A stretch of 64,000 bases of DNA, from the NCBI GenBank assembly GCA_040389905.1, contig JAZJZK010000008.1, positions 96,001 to 160,000 on the forward strand, read 5' to 3'. The notes beneath the pieces were generated by a model. That model had not been told where the DNA came from and did no database searches. It saw nothing but the letters and a program-made list of their open reading frames with translations. The DNA comes from Gemmatimonadota bacterium. Lineage in GTDB: Bacteria > Gemmatimonadota > Gemmatimonadetes > Gemmatimonadales > Gemmatimonadaceae. Shown here in pieces: positions 9,705-19,662 of this stretch (position 1 is the first letter of the stretch; each line of letters begins with the position of its first letter). Both the position numbers and the translations under genes were made by a program.

Positions 9705-10946
9705 GTGATGACAATTCGAAAGTCTGTTCTCGTCATCTTGCCAGGTACGCCCTGGCCAATCCGGGCGAACGGCTTGTCCGTGCGCTACTACTCGCTGCTC
9801 GTCAGCCTCGCGGCTCGCTGCGATGTCGACGTGGTGATCACGTCCGAATTGACCGTCGGCAATGCGGTGGCCGACGAGTCGGAGGTGCCGCCGGTTCGCC
9901 GCGTGGTCACCGTCGCGCAAGTGACGGCGCCTTCGGCGCTCGACCGCGTCGTGCTCGGACTGCGCGTTGCGAACCCTTTCGGGGCCTCCTTTCGACACGA
10001 GCGACATGATACCGCTCACGTGGCCAGGGCGCTCAAGACGATGCTTCTGTCCACCAGGTACGATGCCGTTCACATCGTCGGCTGGTTGAACCGAGAGGCG
10101 TTCGATCGGGTGCGGTCCCTGGCCAAGGGCAGCCGAATCACCCACGACATGGTCGATTCGCCGTACCTCCACTACGTGCGTTCCACGGCCCCGAACACGA
10201 GCCGGATGAGCAATGTGGGCTGGTTTCGCGCGCTCGACCTGTGGCGAACGGCGCGCTGGGAGCGCAGCATGCGTCGAAACGTGGATGCGTGCGTGTATGT
10301 CTCGTTGTTCGACGCGAACGCGGCGGGAGCCAATTCGACATCGATCGTCGTTCCCAACGGCGTGATTGTCGAGCGGCCATCGGAGGCGTCGAGGGCCCCC
10401 GAGCGACGGGCCAAGTGTCTCGGATTCCTAGGGAACATGGCCTATCCCCCCAACGTGCTCGGCGCGCTGCAACTGTACCACGAAGTCTTCCTGCCGCTCA
10501 AGAAAGAGTTTCCCGAGCTCCGCCTCAAGATCATCGGTCGCGACCCCGACGCTGCCATTCAGGCACTCGCGAGCACGGATGTGGATGTCACCGGCACAGT
10601 GGACGACGTTTGGCCGCACGTTGCGGATGTCGATCTGTTCGTGTTTCCGATGACGACGGGTGCAGGATTGCAGAACAAGGTTCTGGAGGTCATGTACGCA
10701 GCAAAGCCTGTCGTGACGACACCAATTTGTCAGCAGGGCGTGGGCGCGACCGTGGGTGAGCATCTTCTCGTTGGAGCGACCCCGGAAGCGGTGCGTGATT
10801 TGACGCGCCGGGCGCTCGAGGATTGGGACGATGTGTGCGCCATGGGCCTGCGCGGCAGTGCGTTCGTGCGTCGAACGTTCGCGGCTGATGAGATGGTGCA
10901 GCGACTCTCCGACATCATTTTGCCACGCGCGGATGGCTCGCCGTGA
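9705..10946 (+). CDS. GT4 family glycosyltransferase
   Basis: VVPNGV, FLGNMAYPPN, GAGLQNKVLEVMYAAKPVVTT. Start more likely GTG/ATG 9705/9708 than 9558. Confidence 0.88.
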   Translation: MMTIRKSVLVILPGTPWPIRANGLSVRYYSLLVSLAARCDVDVVITSELTVGNAVADESEVPPVRRVVTVAQVTAPSALDRVVLGLRVANPFGASFRHERHDTAHVARALKTMLLSTRYDAVHIVGWLNREAFDRVRSLAKGSRITHDMVDSPYLHYVRSTAPNTSRMSNVGWFRALDLWRTARWERSMRRNVDACVYVSLFDANAAGANSTSIVVPNGVIVERPSEASRAPERRAKCLGFLGNMAYPPNVLGALQLYHEVFLPLKKEFPELRLKIIGRDPDAAIQALASTDVDVTGTVDDVWPHVADVDLFVFPMTTGAGLQNKVLEVMYAAKPVVTTPICQQGVGATVGEHLLVGATPEAVRDLTRRALEDWDDVCAMGLRGSAFVRRTFAADEMVQRLSDIILPRADGSP

Positions 10947-11908
10947 AACTCCGCGCGACACGTCGCATGACGGCATCGTTCAACACGAGTTTCCCGCTTC
11001 TCCTGCTGCTGGTCGGAACAAGGTGCTCAACGTCGGAGCGGACGCCGACGTCCGAGGCGGACACGCTCGTGATCTACAACGCCGCGAGTCTCAGTGGACC
11101 GATGCGTGCACTTCTCGACACCTTCGCGCGGCGCTCCGGCACCACGGTCCAGGAGGAGCACGGCGCCTCGCTCGAACTCGCACGTCGCATCACGGAGCTT
11201 CAGCGGAGACCGGATGTCATCGCGCTCGCGGATCACGAGGTCTTTCCCGAGCTGTTGATACCAGCATCGACGTCATGGTATGCGACGTTCGCTCGCAACC
11301 GAATGGTGGTCGCGTACACGGCGCGCTCGCGGGGCGCCGCGGAAATGCGTGCGGCGAACTGGGTAACGGTCGTCCAGCGGAGGGACGTCACCCTTGGCCG
11401 AACCGATCCGATGCTCGCACCGGCCGGCTATCGCGCGCTCCTCACGTACAAGCTTGCGGAAACGTTCTACCGTCAACCCGGTCTTGCGGCTGCCCTCACG
11501 AACAAAACGCCGCCCGCGCTCCTGCGCGGCAACGCAGCCGAGCTCGCGGCGCTGTTGGCCGCGGGTGAACTGGACTACATCATCGAATACGAGTCGTTGG
11601 CCCGCGCGCACAACTTCCAGTTTGTCCAGTTGCCTCCGGCAATCGATCTCGGCGATGCGGAGTACGCGACGACATACGCATCGGCATCCGTTCGATTCTG
11701 GAATGGAAAGGACAGCGTGACCAGGCGCGGAACGCCGATTCTCTATGGCGTGAGTGTGCCGCGAAACGCGCCGCATGCCGCGGCAGGAATCCGTTTCGTG
11801 CAGTTCCTCTTGAGTGACGAAGGCCGGGAGATGCTGCGTCGTGGATACGTGGATGTACTCGAGCATCCAGTCGTGCTTGGAGATTCCGCACCGGGCATTG
11901 CGCGATGA
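10943..11908 (+). CDS. WtpA/ModA-clade oxyanion (molybdate/tungstate-type) ABC substrate-binding protein
   Basis: YNAASL, DVIALAD, FARNRMVVAY, GRTDP..PAGYR, GELDY..EYES.A..H, LP..IDLG, PILYGVSVPRNAPH, all resembling WtpA. Possible lipoprotein Cys. Start may be ATG 10967. Confidence 0.85.
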   Translation: MKLRATRRMTASFNTSFPLLLLLVGTRCSTSERTPTSEADTLVIYNAASLSGPMRALLDTFARRSGTTVQEEHGASLELARRITELQRRPDVIALADHEVFPELLIPASTSWYATFARNRMVVAYTARSRGAAEMRAANWVTVVQRRDVTLGRTDPMLAPAGYRALLTYKLAETFYRQPGLAAALTNKTPPALLRGNAAELAALLAAGELDYIIEYESLARAHNFQFVQLPPAIDLGDAEYATTYASASVRFWNGKDSVTRRGTPILYGVSVPRNAPHAAAGIRFVQFLLSDEGREMLRRGYVDVLEHPVVLGDSAPGIAR

Positions 11909-12708
11909 GTGCGCGCCGAGCGCATCGCATCGCCGTCGTGAGCGTCGCAGTCGGCGCCGGCGTCATGTTGGCGCTCCTGGCGGTACCCGTCGGAGTGCTC
12001 GTGATGCGCGGTGGACTGAGTGGCCTCCGGCAACTCGGCGGAGATGCGGAACTGCGACGCGCGCTGCTGCTGACGGCCACGACGGCCACCGGTGCCACTC
12101 TGGTGACCGTGCTCCTCGGCACACCGTTGGCCTATCTGCTCGCGCGCGATCGCGTTCCTGGTGGCTCGGTGGCAACCGCACTCGTCGAGCTCCCACTGCT
12201 GATTCCGCATCCAGTCGCCGGTATCGCGTTGCTGTTGGCGTTTGGGCGTGCGAGCCCGGCGGGCGCAGCGCTCCAGCGACTCGGGTTGTCGATCGTTGGA
12301 TCGCCGGCAGGCATTGCGCTCGCGATGCTGTTCGTGGCGGCACCGCTCTACATCAGCGCCGCGCGAGAATCCATTGCCCGTGTCGACCGGCGCTACGAGG
12401 ATGTCGCGCGTACACTAGGGGACTCGCCGTTCATGGCCGCGCGGCGCGTCACGCTGCCGTTGGCCGGCCGCGGGCTCGTGACGGCGGCCGTCGTGATGTG
12501 GGCACGCGCCGTCAGTGAGTTCGGTGCGATCGTGATCCTGACGTACAACCCGAAAGTCGCGAGCGTGCTGAGCTACGATCGCTTCACGGCGTTCGGGCTG
12601 GATTCCGCACTCCCGGTCGCGGCGATCCTCGTCCTGCTTGCCCTCGTGCCGCTCGTCGTGCTTCGCTCGTTGCGCTCCGGAATCAGTCGGTTGGATCAGC
12701 CCTCGTGA
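11905..12708 (+). CDS. oxyanion ABC transporter permease (WtpB/ModB-like)
   Basis: LPLLIPHPVAGIALL, EAA loop EDVARTLG, WARAVSEFGA; ATGA overlap. Confidence 0.92.
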   Translation: MSARRAHRIAVVSVAVGAGVMLALLAVPVGVLVMRGGLSGLRQLGGDAELRRALLLTATTATGATLVTVLLGTPLAYLLARDRVPGGSVATALVELPLLIPHPVAGIALLLAFGRASPAGAALQRLGLSIVGSPAGIALAMLFVAAPLYISAARESIARVDRRYEDVARTLGDSPFMAARRVTLPLAGRGLVTAAVVMWARAVSEFGAIVILTYNPKVASVLSYDRFTAFGLDSALPVAAILVLLALVPLVVLRSLRSGISRLDQPS

Positions 12709-13754
12709 TCGAGCTCTCCGGTCTGGCGTCGCGCGCTGGTGCCTTCGAGTTGCGCGACATCAGCGCGACGATCCCGGCGGGTGCGTGGGGCATCGTCCTC
12801 GGTGCCGCGGGTGCGGGAAAGACGACCTTGCTCGAGACCATTGCGGGCGTGCGGCCGATCACGGCGGGGAGTGTGCGGCTTCGTGGGCTCGACGTAACGC
12901 GCCTCGAAATCGAGCACCGGCGCGTGGGCTTCGTCTATCAGCACAGCTACCTGTTTCCTCACCTGACCGTCGCGGAGAATATCGGCTACGGCGCGCACGA
13001 CGATGGCGCCGTTCAGTCGCTCATCGAGCGATTCGGCGCGGGCACACTCACATCGCGGTCGGTGTCGTCGCTCAGCGGCGGCGAGCGGCAACTCATCGCG
13101 CTGCTTCGGGCGCTTGCCCCGAGCCCCGACATCCTGTTGCTCGACGAGCCCTTCGCCGCGCTCGATCCGCGTGGCCGCGTCCGAATCCGCAGCGAGCTCC
13201 GCCGATGGCAGCGCGAGCGCACCGCGACGGTGCTGCATGTCACCCACGACCTCATCGAAGCCGCGACGTTGGGCGACGTCGCGATGATGCTCAGCGCAGG
13301 CCGGTTGTCGCAATCGGGCACGCCGGAGGCGCTGTTTCGTCGCCCTGCGACTCGCGAGATGGCGGAGTTCGCCGGCGCGGAAAACGTTTTCTCCGGCCAT
13401 GTGACACGTGCTGAGTCCACCACGGGATCCGAGGTATCGACACTGATCTTCAGGGGCGAGGGTATCGAACTCCTCGGCGTCGGTGACCATCCGGGCGGGG
13501 CGGCGCACGCGGTCGTGCGGGCGGAGGACATCGCGCTTGCGGGCACCCCATCGTCATCCGGCTCCGCGCGAAACGTGCTGGACGGCCGGGTGATCGAGGT
13601 GGCGCGCGACGGCGTGCTCGCACGCGTCACAGTGGCCGTCGGCGTCACGATGCTCACCGCCGTGGTGACACGGGACGCAGCGACGGAACTCGGGATCGTG
13701 GCGGATCAACGCGTGCTGGCGGTGATCAAGGCCACGGCCGTACATCTCTGTTGA
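12705..13754 (+). CDS. oxyanion ABC transporter ATPase with C-terminal TOBE domain (WtpC/ModC-like)
   Basis: GAAGAGKTT, LFPHLTVAENI, LSGGERQ, LLLDEPF, HVTHD; TOBE segment SARNVLDG...AVIKATAV. Confidence 0.93.
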   Translation: MIELSGLASRAGAFELRDISATIPAGAWGIVLGAAGAGKTTLLETIAGVRPITAGSVRLRGLDVTRLEIEHRRVGFVYQHSYLFPHLTVAENIGYGAHDDGAVQSLIERFGAGTLTSRSVSSLSGGERQLIALLRALAPSPDILLLDEPFAALDPRGRVRIRSELRRWQRERTATVLHVTHDLIEAATLGDVAMMLSAGRLSQSGTPEALFRRPATREMAEFAGAENVFSGHVTRAESTTGSEVSTLIFRGEGIELLGVGDHPGGAAHAVVRAEDIALAGTPSSSGSARNVLDGRVIEVARDGVLARVTVAVGVTMLTAVVTRDAATELGIVADQRVLAVIKATAVHLC

Positions 13755-13846
13755 TCTCGACTTACGCGGACGCGAGCGAGCGATAATTTCGCACTCGCGA
13801 ATAGGGAGGTCCTATTGACGTCTCACCGTCGGGAGAAAAAGCGTAC

Positions 13847-16120
13847 GTGATGCAGCATGGACGGAGCAGGTCGATACGTCGGTATGCAGAGGCGTTGGCC
13901 GCGGCGTTGGTGGCCATTGCACTGTCCTGGCTGTTGCGCGACGTCCTCGCGGGCACGCGTCTGCTCCTGCTCTGGGTCATGAGCGTGTACGTCGCGTGGC
14001 GCGGCGGCCTCGGCCCGGTGATGGTCGCCTCGCTGGTCGGCGTCCTCGTGTGGGACATCCTCATCATGGCACCCGGCGGTGTGATCAGCGCGCTCCCTCG
14101 ATCAGAGCCCTTTGCGATCGTGGTCTTCGTGAGCGTGTCGATGATGCTCGGCGTCACCGTCGACCGTCTGCGAGCCGCCAACCAGCGCGTGGCGCAGGCG
14201 ATGGACGGCATGACGGAGGCGATGATCGTCTACGATGCCGATTGGCGACTCCGGTTCTACAATCTCGCCGGCGAACGCTTGCTCCATCGTCGTGGAATCG
14301 ACGCCTCGGCCTTGCGCGGACAGGTCGTGTGGGATCGGGTTCCTGCCGCTGTCGGCACACCACTCGAGACAGAGCCGCGGCGGGCGCAACAGGATAATAC
14401 GGTCGTCGAGTATGAAACGCGGTATCTCGACACGGATCTCTGGTTGCGCGTCCGTTGCGTTCCGACACCCGACGGAGGCGTGACCATCTTTGCGCAGGAC
14501 ATCACTCAGGCTCGACTCGCCGAGCGCGAGCGGGAGCGAACGGAGGAACGGTATCGTGCACTGATCGAAGCCAGCACGATCATGGTGTGGAACAGCGATT
14601 CCGCCGGCATGGTCGATGACGTGCCCGTCTGGCGGGACCTCACGGGGCAAACAACGGAGGAACGTCGCGGATCAGGATGGATCGACGCCGTACATCCCGC
14701 AGACCGCGCACGTGTCGACGACATCTGGAGAACCGCAACCGCACGCGCGGAACCGTATTCCATCGAATACCGTCTGCGTCGCCGCGACGGGAAGTACCAC
14801 TGGTTCCGCGCGCGTGCGGTCCCCATCCGCGACGGGAAAGACGTCGTCGAATGGGTTGGTGTGTTCGACGACATCGACGACGAACACGTAAATCGCGAAC
14901 GCCACGAGGCCGTCGAGAATGCGCTTGGCGTTCTTGGCATCTCGCTCGACTACGAATGGAACCTTGCGGCGGTGACGCGACTGCTCGTACCGGTATTGGC
15001 GGACTACTGCAGCGTCGATCTCGTTGACGACGCGGGGAATATCCGTCGCGTCTCGTCCACGCACGTCGACCCGCTCAAGGAGGAGGTGGTTCGGACACTG
15101 TGGTCGAAATACCCATACTCTCCGGACGACCGCGGAACGCCGGAAGTCGTGAAGAGTGGCAAGCCGGCTCTCAATCCCGTCATCGATCCGGAAGAGATTG
15201 CGCAATTCGCGCGCTCACCCGAGCACGCGGAGCTACTCAGGCAGCTCCAACCCCGCTCGTTTCTCTGTGTGCCGATGCGCTCGCGCGGGCAGATCTTCGG
15301 TGCGCTGTCGCTCGTCTACTCCGATTCGGGCCGCGTCTATGGGTCTGCGGAGGTGGCGGCCGTGGAGCAGATCGCCACGCGTGCCGCGACGGCGATCGAG
15401 AATGCGCGATTGTACGCGGACGCGCAGGCGGCGAACCGTGCCAAGAGCGATTTCCTGGCGACCATGAGTCACGAGTTGCGGACGCCGCTCAACGCCATCG
15501 CCGGATACGTGGAGCTCCTCACCATGGGGGTGCGCGGCCCGATCACCGATGCGCAACGACGCGATCTCGTCAGGATTCGACAAAACCAGCAGCATCTGCT
15601 CGAGATCATTACCGACATCCTGAACTTCAGTCGTATCGAGGCAGGCCGGATGCGGTACGACATTCAACGGACGTTGATCGAGGAGGTGCTCGTGCGCATG
15701 GAAGGTGTAATCGAGCCACAAGCGCGCGTGCGCTCGATCGTGTACGAGCACACTCCTGCGCCGATGTCGCTCGTGGCCCTCGCCGACCGTGAAAAGCTGG
15801 AGCAGGTGCTGATCAATCTGCTCGGCAATTCGGTAAAATTCACGGCGCCAGGCGGTCGAGTGACCCTCACCGCCGACGCCGACGAGCACCGCGTTCGGAT
15901 TCACGTTGCCGATACTGGTGTGGGGATCGCGGAAGGTCAGCTTTCAACCATCTTCGAGCCGTTTGTCCAACTCGAGCCAGCCTTCACGCGGACTTCCGAG
16001 GGAACAGGGCTGGGGCTGGCGATCAGCCGCGAGCTCACCCGCGGCATGGGTGGCGAACTCACCGCGACGAGTACGCTGGGCCAGGGATCGGTGTTCACCG
16101 TTGAACTTCCGCGGGCGTAG
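13847..16120 (+). CDS. sensor histidine kinase (DUF4118-like TM, PAS, PAS, GAF, HisKA, HATPase)
   Basis: PAS (AVHPADR, EYRLRRRDG.Y.W), GAF (SFLCVPM...AIENARLY), H-box MSHELRTPLNAI, N-box NLLGNSVKF, G-boxes DTGVGI and GTGLGL. Confidence 0.95.
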   Translation: MMQHGRSRSIRRYAEALAAALVAIALSWLLRDVLAGTRLLLLWVMSVYVAWRGGLGPVMVASLVGVLVWDILIMAPGGVISALPRSEPFAIVVFVSVSMMLGVTVDRLRAANQRVAQAMDGMTEAMIVYDADWRLRFYNLAGERLLHRRGIDASALRGQVVWDRVPAAVGTPLETEPRRAQQDNTVVEYETRYLDTDLWLRVRCVPTPDGGVTIFAQDITQARLAERERERTEERYRALIEASTIMVWNSDSAGMVDDVPVWRDLTGQTTEERRGSGWIDAVHPADRARVDDIWRTATARAEPYSIEYRLRRRDGKYHWFRARAVPIRDGKDVVEWVGVFDDIDDEHVNRERHEAVENALGVLGISLDYEWNLAAVTRLLVPVLADYCSVDLVDDAGNIRRVSSTHVDPLKEEVVRTLWSKYPYSPDDRGTPEVVKSGKPALNPVIDPEEIAQFARSPEHAELLRQLQPRSFLCVPMRSRGQIFGALSLVYSDSGRVYGSAEVAAVEQIATRAATAIENARLYADAQAANRAKSDFLATMSHELRTPLNAIAGYVELLTMGVRGPITDAQRRDLVRIRQNQQHLLEIITDILNFSRIEAGRMRYDIQRTLIEEVLVRMEGVIEPQARVRSIVYEHTPAPMSLVALADREKLEQVLINLLGNSVKFTAPGGRVTLTADADEHRVRIHVADTGVGIAEGQLSTIFEPFVQLEPAFTRTSEGTGLGLAISRELTRGMGGELTATSTLGQGSVFTVELPRA

Positions 16121-16124
16121 GACG

Positions 16125-16290
16125 GTGCGGGCCCTTCGTTGCACTCAGGGCGACCAACCGAGCGGAACGCAGGCGTGCAAGCAGAACGTATGTCCCGCGT
16201 GTTTTGTCGCCCTGAGCAGCGCGAAGGGCCCGCACGTTCAGTTCCGCAGCCCTCTGCGTACCTCTGCCCCTCCGCGCCCTTTACGGTAAG
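16125..16290. repeat. composite intergenic REP-like cluster
   Basis: Inverted pair GTGCGGGCCCTTCGTTGCACTCAGGGCGAC 16125-16154 / TGTCGCCCTGAGCAGCGCGAAGGGCCCGCAC 16205-16235, then a CCTCTGCG-family unit 16241-16290 ending CGGTAAG. Confidence 0.8.
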
Positions 16291-16324
16291 AACGAGAACG
16301 CTACTTTCTCTTAACGAGTACCGG

Positions 16325-17551
16325 TCAAGCCTGACTGACCGCCGACGTCGCGAAGAGTGCCTTCGCCCGCGCGACCCCATTCACCAGCGCATCGACGTCG
16401 GCCTCGTCATTGTAGACATAGAACGATGCTCGCGCCGTCGCGGAAACGCCGAGGCGCCGCATTAGAGGCTGTGCGCAGTGATGTCCAGCGCGGATGCACA
16501 CACCATCCTGATCGAGCACTGTCGCGAGGTCGTGCGGGTGAATGTCCATCACCGTGAAGCTCACGACGCCACTTCGCTCAGACGGCGCGGGGCCATAGAT
16601 GTGCACACCGCCGAGCGCGTCGAGCCGCTCGGTCGCGAAACGCACGAGCGCGCGCTCATGCTCCAATACCTCCGCCATGCCGATGTTGTCGAGGTACTCG
16701 CAGGCGGCAGCAAGACCGACTGCGTCGCCGACGTTTGGCGTGCCCGCTTCGAACTTGTGCGGCAGGACGTTCCACGTGGAGTGATCGTCGCGCACGAACT
16801 CGATCATGTCGCCGCCGAACTGATATGGTGACATCGCCTCGAGAATCGAGCGACGCCCGATCAGGCCACCGATACCCATTGGGCCGCACATCTTGTGACC
16901 GCTGAAGGCGTAGAAGTCGATATCGAGTTCATCGAAGCCCACCTGCATGTGCGGCGCGGCCTGCGCGCCATCGCAGACCGTCAATGCACCCACCTGCCGG
17001 GCAATCTGCGTGATCTCGCGGACTGGATTCACGGTGCCGACCGCGTTCGACACATGATTGAATGCCACGACTTTCGTCCGCGATCCCACCATGTCCCGTA
17101 ACGCATCCAGGTCGACACGCTGCTCGCTCGTGAGCGGACAAACGCTGAACGTGGCGCCTCGGGCGCGCGCCAACTGCTGCCAGGGTACGAAGTTGGCATG
17201 ATGCTCGAGTCCCGTGACGACGATGTCGTCGCCGGCGGATAGGTTCGCCATCCCCCACGCGGTGGCGACGAGGTTCAGCGACTCGGTGGTGCCGCGGGTG
17301 AAGATGAGGCAATCGGAGTCGGACACGCCAAGGAAGCGCGCCACGCGCTCGCGGGCGGCGTGATAGCGCTCGGTTGCCCGTGCAGACAGATCGTACGCGC
17401 CACGATGCGGGTTCGCGTTGTCCGTCTCGTAATAGGTGCGCATGGCATCGAGCACCACGCGCGGCTTCTGCGACGTTGCCGCGGAATCGAGGTAGTGCAA
17501 TCCAGCGTTGGCAGCGAGCAAGGGAAAATCGGTGCGGCGCGGATTCGTCAT
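16325..17551 (-). CDS. sufS: cysteine desulfurase SufS
   Basis: YLDSAATSQKP, EHHANFVPW, DGAQ, PLP lysine SGHKMCGP, FEAGTP, catalytic RAGHHCA. Confidence 0.97.
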   Translation of the reverse strand: MTNPRRTDFPLLAANAGLHYLDSAATSQKPRVVLDAMRTYYETDNANPHRGAYDLSARATERYHAARERVARFLGVSDSDCLIFTRGTTESLNLVATAWGMANLSAGDDIVVTGLEHHANFVPWQQLARARGATFSVCPLTSEQRVDLDALRDMVGSRTKVVAFNHVSNAVGTVNPVREITQIARQVGALTVCDGAQAAPHMQVGFDELDIDFYAFSGHKMCGPMGIGGLIGRRSILEAMSPYQFGGDMIEFVRDDHSTWNVLPHKFEAGTPNVGDAVGLAAACEYLDNIGMAEVLEHERALVRFATERLDALGGVHIYGPAPSERSGVVSFTVMDIHPHDLATVLDQDGVCIRAGHHCAQPLMRRLGVSATARASFYVYNDEADVDALVNGVARAKALFATSAVSQA

Positions 17552-17898
17552 GGCTGCTCAGGGCTCGTCGGTTCAACGCTCGTGCGTGGCGCAACGCGGA
17601 TGCGCCCGTCGGCAATTTCGACTTCGTACACCGGCAACGGTTTGATCGCGGGAAAGCGGCGCGGCGCGCCAGTGCGGCAGTCGAAGCGAGCGCCATGCCA
17701 CATGCATTCAAGCGAGCCGTCGCGATGGAGCACGCCGTCGGACATGTAGAACTCGGAGTGCGTACACAAGTCGCTCACCGCGCCGATCGTGCCTTTGTAG
17801 TTGTATACGCACACGTGCTCCCCGTCGGAGAGCTTCACGCCGAGCAGGTGTCCCTCGGCGACGTCGGAGACGCCGGCGACGTCTTCGAATTCGCTCAT
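17548..17898 (-). CDS. Rieske [2Fe-2S] ferredoxin
   Basis: CTH...CMWHGARFD Rieske motifs; start MSEFEDV at 17898 overlaps the sufU stop. Confidence 0.92.
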   Translation of the reverse strand: MSEFEDVAGVSDVAEGHLLGVKLSDGEHVCVYNYKGTIGAVSDLCTHSEFYMSDGVLHRDGSLECMWHGARFDCRTGAPRRFPAIKPLPVYEVEIADGRIRVAPRTSVEPTSPEQP

Positions 17899-18341
17899 GC
17901 GGGGGTCGCGTCGTCGCGAAGCGCCGCCTGCAACGAGTGCCACGCCATGCTCGCGCATTTCACGCGGATCGGAAAGCGCGACACACCGGAGAACGCGGCG
18001 ATCTCGCCGAGCGCGCGCGCCTCCTCCGGCGTTGGCTTGAGCTTCCCGGTGACAAGGTCATGGAAGGTGCTGAACAGCTGGTCGGCTTCGGCGCGCGTCT
18101 TTCCCTTGACGGACTGCGTCATGATCGACGCCGAGGCGCGGGACACGGCACATCCTTCCGACGTGAACTTCACATCCGCGATGACGTCGCCCTCCACTTT
18201 GAGCTCGAGCACGATCTCGTCGCCGCACGATGGATTGCGGTCCTCACGGCGAGCCGTTGCGCCCTCCAACGTGCCGTAGTTTTTCGGCCGCCGATTGTGG
18301 TCGAGGATGATCGACTGGTAGAGTTCCTGGAGATCGCTCAT
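17895..18341 (-). CDS. sufU: SufU (NifU-like sulfur transfer protein)
   Basis: LYQSIILDH, NPSCGD, GCAVSRAS, RVKCASMAW. Confidence 0.96.
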   Translation of the reverse strand: MSDLQELYQSIILDHNRRPKNYGTLEGATARREDRNPSCGDEIVLELKVEGDVIADVKFTSEGCAVSRASASIMTQSVKGKTRAEADQLFSTFHDLVTGKLKPTPEEARALGEIAAFSGVSRFPIRVKCASMAWHSLQAALRDDATPA

Positions 18342-18357
18342 GCGGGCTGCGAGAGCA

Positions 18358-19662
18358 TCAATGCTCGGTATATCGAAGCAAGGTCGCCAGCTCCAACCCC
18401 TCTCGAACTTCGCTCAGCTCGATGGTCTCGAGCACATCGGCCGCAAACGCGTACGTCAACAACTCGCGCGCCGTGCGCGCATTGATGCCGCGGCTCTTCA
18501 TGTAAAACAGGGACGTCTCGTCGAGCCGGCCGACCGTCGCGCCGTGCGTGCACTTCACGTCGTCCGCGAAGATCTCGAGCTGCGGCTTCGTGTCGATACG
18601 CGCGTGTTCGGACAAGAGCAGGGTATTGTTCGTCTGCTTGCCGTCGGTTTTCTGCGCCTCCGGATGGACGTACACCTTGCCGTTGAAGACGCCGTGCGAG
18701 TCGCCGTCGAGTATCCCCTTGTACAGCTCTCGGCTGTAGCAATTCGGCTCCACGTGCTCGATGCGCGTCTGGTGATCGATGTGCTGGTCGCGATCGCCCA
18801 GATACAGGCCGTTCAAGGTCGCACCACAGCCCTCGCCCCGCAGTTCGGTGTAGACGTTGGTGCGCGAAAGCGTCGCACCCGTCGCGAAACTGAAGGAGAA
18901 GAAATGGCTATCGCGCGCCTGCCGCACATCCACCGTACCAACGTGCGACGCGTCCTTCGACTCGCGTTGCAGCTTGAGATGCGTCAGCGTCGCGCCATCG
19001 GCGATCGCGATCTCCGTTACCGCGTTGGTGAAATAGCGCGACTCGGCGAGACCCGCATAGCTCTCGATGATCGTCGCCTTGGCGTGACGGTCGACGACGA
19101 TCAGGTTGCGGGGCATCGAGGCGCGGTGCGCCGCTGCGCCGTCGCTCACGAACAGCAGATGGATGGGCTGCGCGAGCTGGACGTCCTGCCCGATGTGCAC
19201 GACAGCGCCGTCCTGGATGAAGGCGGTGTTGAGCGCGGTGAAGGTATGCGCATCGATCGACGTAATCTGTCCGAGGTGCGCGTCGATCAGGGTCGGCGAT
19301 TCGACGTAGGCGCGCGCGAGTGGCATCACACGAACGCCGTCCGGCAACGCGCTCAGCGTCGATAGCGTCTCGTGGAAGCGGCCGTTGACGAAGACCAGCG
19401 TGTGCCACGATGCACCGAAGGTGAACGGCGCGATCTGCTGGGCCGTCGCAGCTCCGTCGTCCACCTGTGCGGCAAGCGAAAACCGGCCCTCGCTGATGGG
19501 CGCAACGGAGGTGAAATGCCAATCCTCGTTACGCGTCGTCGGAAAGCCGAGCGCTTCGAAGCGCGTAATGCCGGAGAGGCGGAGCGAGCGCACGGATTGC
19601 GGCGCATCCGCCCCTCCATTCCGTGAAAAGGTCTCAAAGCTCTCGAGATACGGCTCGATCAC
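18358..19662 (-). CDS. sufD: Fe-S assembly protein SufD
   Basis: FPTTRNEDWHFT, FNGKVYV..AQKTDG.Q, KPQLEIFADDVKCTHGATVG, FYMKSRGI. Confidence 0.97.
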   Translation of the reverse strand: MIEPYLESFETFSRNGGADAPQSVRSLRLSGITRFEALGFPTTRNEDWHFTSVAPISEGRFSLAAQVDDGAATAQQIAPFTFGASWHTLVFVNGRFHETLSTLSALPDGVRVMPLARAYVESPTLIDAHLGQITSIDAHTFTALNTAFIQDGAVVHIGQDVQLAQPIHLLFVSDGAAAHRASMPRNLIVVDRHAKATIIESYAGLAESRYFTNAVTEIAIADGATLTHLKLQRESKDASHVGTVDVRQARDSHFFSFSFATGATLSRTNVYTELRGEGCGATLNGLYLGDRDQHIDHQTRIEHVEPNCYSRELYKGILDGDSHGVFNGKVYVHPEAQKTDGKQTNNTLLLSEHARIDTKPQLEIFADDVKCTHGATVGRLDETSLFYMKSRGINARTARELLTYAFAADVLETIELSEVREGLELATLLRYTEH

